Translations under genes and position numbers: made by a program
NCBI GenBank assembly: GCA_965221735.1
Contig: OZ244910.1
Location: forward strand, 1,753,760-1,817,759
Direction: 5' to 3'
Length of the DNA stretch: 64,000 bases
DNA from: Tepidiformaceae bacterium
Lineage (GTDB): Bacteria > Chloroflexota > Dehalococcoidia > Tepidiformales > Tepidiformaceae
Shown here: piece after piece, positions 56,924-64,000 of the stretch
Position numbering within the stretch: the stretch's first letter is position 1
How the letters are laid out: each line of letters opens with the position of its first letter
Notes under the pieces: generated by a model
Seen by the model: the letters and a program-made list of their open reading frames with translations, nothing else
Databases searched by the model: none
What the model was told of the DNA's origin: nothing

Positions 56924-57871
56924 CTAGATGCGCCCCCGCAGGCGGGGGTCCAGGGTGTCGCGGACGGAGTCGCCAAACATGTTGAAGGCGAACACCGTCA
57001 ACGCCAGGGCCGCTCCAGGGAAGATGGCGAGCCACGGCGCGCGCCTGAAGAACTGGCGTGAGTCCCCACTGAGCTCGGCCCCCCAGGACGGTGCGTCAGA
57101 CCCGAGCAGGAAGGAGAGCGTCGCCTCCGTGAGGATGGCGGCGGGCAGGCTGATGGTCGTGAGCACGATCATGAGGCCGGTGATATTGGGCAGGATGTGG
57201 CGCAGCATGATGCGGAACTGACCCGCGCCGATCAGCGTGGCCGCCTCCACATATTGCGCGCTGCGCTGCTCCAGCACCGATCCTCGCATGATGCGGAAAG
57301 CGCCCGGCATGAAGAAGAAGGCAATCGCCAGCACACGGGCCAACTCCTCCGCCGGCAGGGCGGGTAAGTCGGGCAGCTTATCCACCAGGACTATGTCCAT
57401 GATCATTGCTAAGAGGAGGGAGGGGACGGCGAAGAGCATGTCGGCCAAGCGGCTCAGGCCGAAGTCGACGGCGCCGGCGAGGAAGCCCGCGACAAGGGCG
57501 AGCAGCGTGCCTCCGACCGTCCCCACGAGCACGGTGGCCATACCGATCTTGAGAGAGATTCGGCCGCCGTAAAGCACGCTCGACCAGAGGTCCCTCCCCT
57601 GGCGATCGGTGCCGAAGTAGTAATCGCTGTTCGGCCCAACGAGGACATGGGGCGTGAACGACTCCAGCGTGTCGGGGTTCGTGGTGTTCAGGAGGGGGGC
57701 CGCGCCGGCCATGAAGCCAACGATGATGATGACGATGACGCCAAGGGCGCCTGCCGGCTCGCGGCGGGCCCAACGCAGCGGATTGAACCGCTGCTGCGGG
57801 GGAATCGCGTACTCCTGCTCCAGGAGCGTGCCCGATGCCGGCGTGGGGGCCGCTTCCGACGCGTCACTCAT
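56924..57871 (-). CDS. ABC transporter permease (DppC/OppC-like)
   Basis: Six TM pattern, EAA-like loop YVEAATLIGAGQFRIMLRHILPN. Confidence 0.85.
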   Translation of the reverse strand: MSDASEAAPTPASGTLLEQEYAIPPQQRFNPLRWARREPAGALGVIVIIIVGFMAGAAPLLNTTNPDTLESFTPHVLVGPNSDYYFGTDRQGRDLWSSVLYGGRISLKIGMATVLVGTVGGTLLALVAGFLAGAVDFGLSRLADMLFAVPSLLLAMIMDIVLVDKLPDLPALPAEELARVLAIAFFFMPGAFRIMRGSVLEQRSAQYVEAATLIGAGQFRIMLRHILPNITGLMIVLTTISLPAAILTEATLSFLLGSDAPSWGAELSGDSRQFFRRAPWLAIFPGAALALTVFAFNMFGDSVRDTLDPRLRGRI

Positions 57872-57873
57872 CG

Positions 57874-58818
57874 CTAGTACCTGATCCTCGGATCGACGTA
57901 GGTATAGAGGACATCAACCAGGAGCGTGATGACCATGAACAACGCGGCGAAGATCATGGTGATCATGAGGACGGCGGGGTAGTCCCGCGCGATGAGCCGC
58001 TCCAGCGCGAAGAGGCCCATCCCGGGGATGGCGAAAATCTGCTCGGCTACGATGGCGCCGCCGAGGATGGTCCCGAGCTGGAGGCCCACCACCGTCAGCA
58101 CCGGGATGAGGGCGCTCCGGAAGACGTGCCGGAAGATGACGACCCGCTCGCGCAGCCCCTTCGCGCGCGCCGTGCGCACGTGGTCCGAGTGGAGCACCTC
58201 GAGCATGGCCGAGCGCATGATGCGGGCCGTGTAGGCCGCCCCCGCGTAGGCCAGCACGCCTGCGGGGAAGATGACGATGGCGAGGTTCTTGAGGGGATCC
58301 TCGGTGAAGTCGACCCAGTCCTGGATCGGGTTCCACTCAAACCAGACAAAGGCGTAGATGATGATGAGCGTGCCCGTCCAGAAGTTGGGGACGGAGATGC
58401 CGAGGATCGTGCCGACCCGCAGCAGGTAGTCCTCGGGCTTGTTGCGCCTCACCGCTGAAATGACGCCCACGGGCACGCTGAGGGCCGCGGACAGGAGGAT
58501 CGTCAACAGGCCAACCTCAAGGGTCTTCGGCAGGCGCTCCTTGACGGAGCCCATGATGGAGTCGTGCGGAGGCGTCAACGATTCGCCGAGATCACCCTGG
58601 AAGATGCCCCCCAGCCAATCGAAGTACTGAACGTACCAGGGGCGATCCAGCCCCAGCCGTTCGCGGGCCACTTCGAGATTGGGGACATCCGAGATGCTCA
58701 GGGCGGCGGAAAAGGAGGCGTCGCCCGGCAGCGTCCAGATGAGCAGGAAGAGGACCAGGGAGAGGACCAGCAGCATGAGGGGAATGGCCATCAGGCGGCG
58801 GAGGATGTAGGTCCGCAT
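57874..58818 (-). CDS. ABC transporter permease (DppB/OppB-like)
   Basis: MRTYILRRLMAIPLMLL...DHVRTARAKGLRERVVIFRHVFR. Confidence 0.85.
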   Translation of the reverse strand: MRTYILRRLMAIPLMLLVLSLVLFLLIWTLPGDASFSAALSISDVPNLEVARERLGLDRPWYVQYFDWLGGIFQGDLGESLTPPHDSIMGSVKERLPKTLEVGLLTILLSAALSVPVGVISAVRRNKPEDYLLRVGTILGISVPNFWTGTLIIIYAFVWFEWNPIQDWVDFTEDPLKNLAIVIFPAGVLAYAGAAYTARIMRSAMLEVLHSDHVRTARAKGLRERVVIFRHVFRSALIPVLTVVGLQLGTILGGAIVAEQIFAIPGMGLFALERLIARDYPAVLMITMIFAALFMVITLLVDVLYTYVDPRIRY

Positions 58819-58913
58819 GTCTCCCCCTCACGCTCCCTGGCCGGGCGGCACCGACCACAGGCCGCGGCGATTCTGGCGGATGCGTATGCCGCTTGGCAAT
58901 ACGTGCGGAGGGG

Positions 58914-59321
58914 TTAGGCCCCTTCGCGGAGTGCCCTCCACCAGTCCTGAACGTCGGGCTGGAAGTTGGCGTGGTACTGCTTCTGCAGGTCGTTGGCGCC
59001 CTCGAAGAGGGGCTCGGTGTCGGTGGTGGCGAGGTCGGAGGCGCTGGGAACGGGGTCGATCCACTCGAGCTGGATGCCTTCGATCACCTCGCCGAGGCCG
59101 GAGTCCTCGTGGTGGGGGCTGGCCTGGTGCTCGATGAAGCCGTTGTAGCTGTTGAAGGAGAGCAGCCCGTAGTAACTGCCCTTCTCGGCGCCGCGCCAGA
59201 ACTCGTAGCGGCGGACGTTTGTCTCGTTCTCGTGGGTGTCGCGCCAGAGCTCGCCTTCGAGCTCCTCGAAGCGGGCTTCCTTGCCTTCCTTGATCTTGAT
59301 GTGCGCGAGAATCGTGGCCAT
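58914..59321 (-). CDS. Antibiotic-biosynthesis-monooxygenase (ABM)-like protein
   Basis: MATILAHIKIKEGKEARFEELEGELW...RYEFWRG. Confidence 0.6.
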   Translation of the reverse strand: MATILAHIKIKEGKEARFEELEGELWRDTHENETNVRRYEFWRGAEKGSYYGLLSFNSYNGFIEHQASPHHEDSGLGEVIEGIQLEWIDPVPSASDLATTDTEPLFEGANDLQKQYHANFQPDVQDWWRALREGA

Positions 59322-59500
59322 TTGTTCTCTGGGTCGGCTGGATTTGGCGGGTCCGTACGGCTGTCGCCGCGAGGGGAGCACGCCTGCGCCGGGGGCGCAT
59401 TCTAGGCGTTTTGGGGCGGCCGCGATCGTCGCGCGTTTCCGACCGGCGCGATCTCACCACTCGCGGCGAGAGCACCGGAGGGGGCCCAACGCCGGCGGGC

Positions 59501-60820
59501 TCAGGAAACGTCGAACTCAATCTCCAGGTGGGTGACGCCGCGGACGCCGCCCTTGCCCGGAGGCGGGAAGACAATGCCGTCGTTGGGGACGTCCTTGAGG
59601 CGCGGATTCTTGAGGACCTGGAGGAGCATCTTGCCGGCCATGACGGCCTCCTGGCGGGCCATGGCGTAGCCCATGCAGAAGTGGCGCTCCTGGCCGAAAC
59701 CGAGGTGGCTGGCGACGCCATCCTGCCAGTAGCCGACGCGCAGTTCCTTCCCGAAGTAGAGGTCGTCGCGGAAGATGTTGAACTGGTCGGGTTCCTTGAA
59801 GACGCGCTCATCGCGGTTGCCGGAGCCGAGGCAGAGGGCGACGTTGGCGCCGTAGGGGATGACGCGGTTGCCGAGCTCGGTCTCGCGGGTGGCGCGGCGG
59901 GGCTGGTAGTGGTTCGAGCCGTCGAAGCGGAGCATCTCGGTGAAGACGCGGTCCATCAGCTCGGGATCGTCGCGGACGGCTTCGTACTGCTCGTAGTTGT
60001 TGAGCAGGTTCCACCACATGGAGTCGATCGCCTTGTGGGTGGTGTCGCCGCCGCCGACGAGGAGGAGGGCGACAAACGACTTGATCTGGTGGTCGGTCAT
60101 CATCTCGCCGGACATCTCCGCCTCCACGAACTTGGAGATGAGGTCCTGCCTGGGGTTGGCGCGGCGGTCAGCGATGATGGGCGTGAGGTAGTCGTGCAGG
60201 GCGAACTTGGCCTTCTCGGCGGAGCGGAAGTAGGCGCGTCCGTAGCCCATGCCGGCGAAGAGGGTGTTGTAGATGCTCTCGAAGTAGTCGAAATCCTCGC
60301 GCGGCAGGCCGAGCATGCCGGCGATGACGCGGATGGGGAAGCGCTGGCTGAACTGCGTGACGAGGTCGATCTCGCCCTGCTTCGAGATGCCGGCGGCGAG
60401 ATCCTCGGCGGCCTCCCGGGAGAAATGCTCGATCATCTCGGCGGCGGTCTCCTCGATGACGGGGAGCCACGTGACCAGCTTCTTGCCGACGAACTCACCG
60501 GCGACGATGCCACGGCTCCAGCGGTGCTCGGGACCTTCGCCCATGTCGAGGATGGTCTCGCCGAGGGGGGACTCGGAGCCGAAGTCGTACTTCCCCTGCA
60601 TGTCGTACACGCCGCGGGTGAAGTCGCCGCCGGGACGGCTGCGTTTGTAGGCGTCCCAGATGTCCTCGTAGCGGCTGACGAAGAAGCGGTTCTGGAGGCG
60701 GTCGTGGTAGACGGGCTCCCAGTCGCGAATCTTCTTGTAGAGGGGGAAGGGGTTGAGCCGGTGATCCTCGGTGAGGAACTCGCCGGGTTCGATGATGGGG
60801 GCTTCGGTTGGGGCCGTCAT
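59501..60820 (-). CDS. Cytochrome P450
   Basis: 439 aa from the internal ATG. LLLVGGGDTTH (I-helix), EMLR (ExxR), FGQERHFCMGYAMA heme loop. Confidence 0.9.
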   Translation of the reverse strand: MTAPTEAPIIEPGEFLTEDHRLNPFPLYKKIRDWEPVYHDRLQNRFFVSRYEDIWDAYKRSRPGGDFTRGVYDMQGKYDFGSESPLGETILDMGEGPEHRWSRGIVAGEFVGKKLVTWLPVIEETAAEMIEHFSREAAEDLAAGISKQGEIDLVTQFSQRFPIRVIAGMLGLPREDFDYFESIYNTLFAGMGYGRAYFRSAEKAKFALHDYLTPIIADRRANPRQDLISKFVEAEMSGEMMTDHQIKSFVALLLVGGGDTTHKAIDSMWWNLLNNYEQYEAVRDDPELMDRVFTEMLRFDGSNHYQPRRATRETELGNRVIPYGANVALCLGSGNRDERVFKEPDQFNIFRDDLYFGKELRVGYWQDGVASHLGFGQERHFCMGYAMARQEAVMAGKMLLQVLKNPRLKDVPNDGIVFPPPGKGGVRGVTHLEIEFDVS

Positions 60821-60978
60821 AGTCGCCTCGCCGCCACGGGATGGGCTTGAGAGCGAGTCTAGGCCGCGCACGGGGCATGTCAACGCAAGAAGCAGGGATG
60901 GGGGGGCTTGCAGGGTCTTGCGAAGGATCTGCGCGGGGTCCATCCTCCCCCGACAACCAGAAACGGGAGCGAATTGCG

Positions 60979-61530
60979 ATGTCGGACGAGCTTGCGGAAC
61001 TGCGCGCGCGGGTCGCCCGCCTGGAGGCGGAGCGAGCGGTGATCAGCACCTTCAACGAGTACTTCTACAACATGGATATCGGCTACACGGACGGGATCCT
61101 GGACGTGTTCCACGAGGACGCGGTACTGGACGTGATCAACTTCCCGCCGGGGACGATGGACGACCTGCGATTCGAGGGCCGCGAGGCGATGCGGGAGCTG
61201 TACGGGCCGCACTCGAGCGCGGAGCCGACGCTCTCGGGCGGGCACCACTCGGCGAACGTGCAGGTGAACGTGGCGGAGGACTGCTCGAGCGCGGAGCTGA
61301 GCGCCTACTTCATGACGTCGGGCGGCCACGGCGGCCTGGGCGGGGGGCTCTACCAGGGCACGTTCGTGCCGGACGGGGACAAGTGGCGTATCTCGCACTA
61401 CCGCATCATCAGCAACTGGGGCTGGTCGCCGGACCAGTGGACGAAGCGGACGGAGTCGCTGCCGGCGAGCAAGGCGAAGCGGGGCGGCAAGCCGCCGGTG
61501 TACGAGTTCCCGAAGCAGCCGGTGGGGTAG
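60979..61530 (+). CDS. NTF2/SnoaL_4-like protein
   Basis: LRARVARLEAERAVISTFNEYFYNMD... is typical of SnoaL_4 N-termini. Confidence 0.55.
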   Translation: MSDELAELRARVARLEAERAVISTFNEYFYNMDIGYTDGILDVFHEDAVLDVINFPPGTMDDLRFEGREAMRELYGPHSSAEPTLSGGHHSANVQVNVAEDCSSAELSAYFMTSGGHGGLGGGLYQGTFVPDGDKWRISHYRIISNWGWSPDQWTKRTESLPASKAKRGGKPPVYEFPKQPVG

Positions 61531-61555
61531 GGGCGGCGGGCTGCGCCCGCCAGGA

Positions 61556-61739
61556 GAGCGCGTCGCTGAGTGGGGCTGAGGGGCGAGGAGAGCGGCGGGT
61601 TGGTTCCCGCGCTCGACTGCTTCGCGCTCGCGACGCCCGCCTGAGTGGAGCGCGTCGCTGACGCGCCGCTGAGGGACGATAAGCGGCGGGGTAGTTCCGG
61701 CGCTGGAATGCTTCGCCCTCGCGACGCCGTCCCAACAGC
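61556..61739. repeat. Two tandem copies of a ~92-nt GC-rich structured unit
   Basis: Units start at 61556 and 61648. Both open with GAGCGCGTCGCTGA and close with CTCGCGACGCC (outer stem GCGTCGC/GCGACGC). Roughly three-quarters identity by eye. Confidence 0.7.
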
Positions 61740-61773
61740 ACTCGCCCTCCTCAGGTTGTGTTCTCGGTCCACC

Positions 61774-62682
61774 CTACTCCTGGGGCACAGAAGCAAAGAG
61801 AGCGTCGAACACGGCGTTCACCCGCTCTGCCTCGCCCCCGGTGGCGCAGCCGGTGTCTCTCTCAATGACGACCATTTCAGACCAGCTCTCCAGTTCGCCA
61901 TCAGGGCCCTCCACGTAGTGGGTGTAGCTGCCAATCGTGATCGACGCCCCCGTGGGCTCATCCGAGATGGTCGTCGTGAGCCCCCAGTCATGCCAGACAT
62001 CGCCCGCCAAAAACTCGGCGGGTAGGTCGGGGTGGCCCTCGCCACCCGATTCCCAGGGATACGCCTGTAGCCGCACGCCCGCGGGAATGACGAACCTCAG
62101 ATCGCAACTCCCGCATTCTCCGATGGGTATGGCCCACTCCCGGCTGCCATCGCCCTCGGCAATCACGTCGGATTCCATCCTCAGAATGCCCGTCCCGTGC
62201 ACCCATGTTCCCACCCAGTCCGAGACAACTCCTTCCCCCTGCCCCTGGACCCCCCGCATCTGCACGAGGTAGCCCCCCGGCTCTACGCCTGTCAGGCGGT
62301 AGCTGCGCACACCACCACCGCCTGGTATGTCCGTGAAGTCACCTGCTTCGGTCCCGGCCACGCGGCGCTTCCAGTCCGTGCCTCTCCGGTCCCACTCTCG
62401 GGGGCTCACTTTCACTGTCACGGCGCGGTACTGCCACTTGTTGACCCCCTCGGACGCCCCACTCCACTCCAGCAGAAGCTCGCCGGGCTGCCCTTGACTG
62501 ATCAGACGGGGTTGCAGGTGGTCGGGGGCTTCGCGGCAGCTTTCGGGTGGCGTGCTCGACCCGCCGCCGCACGTGAGAGTGGCGCAGGCTGCCAGTAGGG
62601 CCACAACGACTAGGGCAATGCGGTGCGGCACAGTGACTACTCCCGCCAATTGCGGGGGCCGGCCACGACCTCTTCGCGTCAT
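61774..62682 (-). CDS. Hypothetical lipoprotein
   Basis: Lipobox-like ALLAACATLTCGG. Beta-rich body with a possible FN3-like stretch (LLLEWSGASEGVNKWQYR...SYRLTGVEPGGYLVQM). Lower GC than its surroundings. Confidence 0.5.
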   Translation of the reverse strand: MTRRGRGRPPQLAGVVTVPHRIALVVVALLAACATLTCGGGSSTPPESCREAPDHLQPRLISQGQPGELLLEWSGASEGVNKWQYRAVTVKVSPREWDRRGTDWKRRVAGTEAGDFTDIPGGGGVRSYRLTGVEPGGYLVQMRGVQGQGEGVVSDWVGTWVHGTGILRMESDVIAEGDGSREWAIPIGECGSCDLRFVIPAGVRLQAYPWESGGEGHPDLPAEFLAGDVWHDWGLTTTISDEPTGASITIGSYTHYVEGPDGELESWSEMVVIERDTGCATGGEAERVNAVFDALFASVPQE

Positions 62683-62771
62683 GGCGCGAGCGTAGCGCCT
62701 CCTTTGCCGAATTACCCTCCCCCCGCGCTACACTTGCGCGCGGCCCGATGGAGGCCGTGGAGGTGGTTCTG

Positions 62772-63215
62772 ATGCCGATGTCCCAAGAGGAGATGGATGC
62801 GTTCCTAGCGCAGCCGAGGAATGCGATTGTGGCGACCGTCAACCCGGACGGGTTTCCCCAGCTGACGCCGATCTGGTTTCACTGGGAGGACGGGACGGTC
62901 TACTTCAGCACGACGGCGCCGCGCCTGAAGACGAAGAACCTGGAGCGCGACGGGCGCGTCTCGATCTGCGTCGACGAGCCGGGGGACCCGGACCAGCGGA
63001 CGGTCGTGCTGGCGGCAGAGTCCTGCACGATCACGCCCGGCCTGGGAACGGTGACGGAGACGATCGCGCGCAAGTACGGCGGCGACAACTGGGAGAGCAG
63101 CTACGAGCACATCGCGAACACGCCGGACCGCGTGGTGGTGTCGTTCGTGCCGACGCGGGTCCTGACCTGGAGCTCCTCGGCGGACCGGCGGGTGCACGTC
63201 CAGAAGAACCGCTAG
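62772..63215 (+). CDS. Pyridoxamine-5'-phosphate-oxidase-family (possibly F420-dependent) protein
   Basis: EEMDAFLAQPRNAIVATVNPDGFPQLTPIWFHWEDGTVYFST. Confidence 0.7.
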   Translation: MPMSQEEMDAFLAQPRNAIVATVNPDGFPQLTPIWFHWEDGTVYFSTTAPRLKTKNLERDGRVSICVDEPGDPDQRTVVLAAESCTITPGLGTVTETIARKYGGDNWESSYEHIANTPDRVVVSFVPTRVLTWSSSADRRVHVQKNR

Positions 63216-63216
63216 T

Positions 63217-63258
63217 GACCGGTGGTTGGTGATCGGTGGTCGGTGGCCGGTAGCCGGC
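63217..63258 (+). repeat. Degenerate heptamer array related to GGTCGGT (six units)
   Basis: GACCGGT GGTTGGT GATCGGT GGTCGGT GGCCGGT AGCCGGC, starting 1 nt after the TAG at 63213-63215. Confidence 0.8.
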
Positions 63259-63349
63259 CGGCGACCATGCGAGGGCTCTTCGAGGCTCGTAGGATGCGCG
63301 TACATCGCGCTCCGTGATATGCAGGCGCGGGCGCAAACCGGAGGCTGTC

Positions 63350-64000
63350 ATGGGATTTCTTGACGGGAAGGTAGCGCTCGTGACGGGCGCCGCCGAGGGC
63401 GTCGGTGTCGCGTTCGCGAACGCGGTCGCGGCGGAGGGCGCGAACGTCGCGATCTGCGACATCCGCGACAACGTGGACGAGCGCGCGAGCCAGATCGGCG
63501 ACGCGCACGGGGTCGAAACGGCCTCGTTCCACGCGAACACGGGCGTACCGGAGGACTGCTGGCGCGTGGTCGACAGCACGATGGAGCGGTTCGGCCGGAT
63601 CGACGTGCTGATCAACAACGCGGGCACGATCGCGATGACCTCGCCGACGGACCCGTGGGAGAAGTCGGTCGCGGACTACGACCTGGTGATGAACGTGAAC
63701 AACCGCGCCTACTACCTGTTCGGCCGGGCGGTGTTCCCGATCATGCAGGAGCAGGGCGGGGGCGACATCGTCAATATCGCCACCGACCACATCTACACGC
63801 AGAAGAACCGGCCCTCGGGCGGCGGCTGGGTGATGGACACCTACGACGCCTCGAAGTGGGGGCTGAACGGGTTCCTGCTGAGCTGGTCGAAGGCGGGGGA
63901 GCCGCACAACATCCGCGTGAACGGGATCTGCCTGGGGGCCACGGACTCGCACATGCTGCGGGGGTTCACGGGCGAGGAGAACCTGACGCCGGAGATCATC
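63350..64000 (+). CDS. Short-chain dehydrogenase/reductase, 3' end outside the window
   Basis: My own translation: MGFLDGKVALVTGAAEGVGVAF... (TGxxxGxG), NNAG, YDASK (YxxxK). It is open to the window edge, so it is absent from the ORF track. Confidence 0.85.
   Translation, partial: MGFLDGKVALVTGAAEGVGVAFANAVAAEGANVAICDIRDNVDERASQIGDAHGVETASFHANTGVPEDCWRVVDSTMERFGRIDVLINNAGTIAMTSPTDPWEKSVADYDLVMNVNNRAYYLFGRAVFPIMQEQGGGDIVNIATDHIYTQKNRPSGGGWVMDTYDASKWGLNGFLLSWSKAGEPHNIRVNGICLGATDSHMLRGFTGEENLTPEII

Overview
High-GC bacterial chromosomal segment (about two-thirds G+C judged by eye, not computed), densely coded on both strands. I saw no rRNA, CRISPR array, transposase or integrase.

Content in order:
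- a frameshifted MMPL transporter and a GPP34-cytochrome P450 fusion
- tRNA-Asn(GTT)
- an ABC1/UbiB-type kinase whose last 24 nt are duplicated on the far side of a ~735-bp lower-GC insertion carrying one orphan gene
- a Gram-positive-style pyrimidine operon: PyrR-binding hairpin, coupled leader ORF, pyrR, pyrB, pyrC, carA, GNAT, membrane protein, carB, pyrK
- recA-recX behind a Cheo-type SOS box, then rny, a PHP phosphoesterase, fabZ, small membrane proteins and acs
- an NHEJ operon: ku, Zn-ribbon membrane protein, ligD, small ORF
- a ydaO-class (c-di-AMP) riboswitch in front of a KamA-family radical-SAM aminomutase
- an acyl-CoA island with five family-III CoA-transferase domains (one gene is a tandem fusion), a crotonase, a nitrilase-family hydrolase, a split hotdog pair, a flavin reductase and a membrane Rieske protein
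- a VapC module with an atypical antitoxin
- cyclophilin, murE and a Nudix hydrolase
- a his operon: hisZ, tandem-duplicated hisG, unknown gene, hisD, hisC, hisB
- a peptide-type ABC importer without an ATPase gene
- P450, ABM and NTF2-like genes, a lipoprotein orphan, a PPOX-family gene and a partial SDR

PyrR, PyrK, RNase Y and the GAAC-N4-GTTC SOS box suggest a monoderm-type lineage, for example Chloroflexota/Thermomicrobia-like or a relative. That is inference only.

Most noteworthy:
- the c-di-AMP riboswitch upstream of the aminomutase
- the direct-repeat-flanked mini-cassette in the 3' end of the kinase gene
- the tandem HisG and the unknown gene embedded in the his operon
- the fused CoA-transferase
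- the (GGTCGGT)n arrays abutting TAG stop codons
- a 92-nt tandem structured repeat

All calls rest on reading the sequence and the ORF track plus remembered family motifs. No searches were run.
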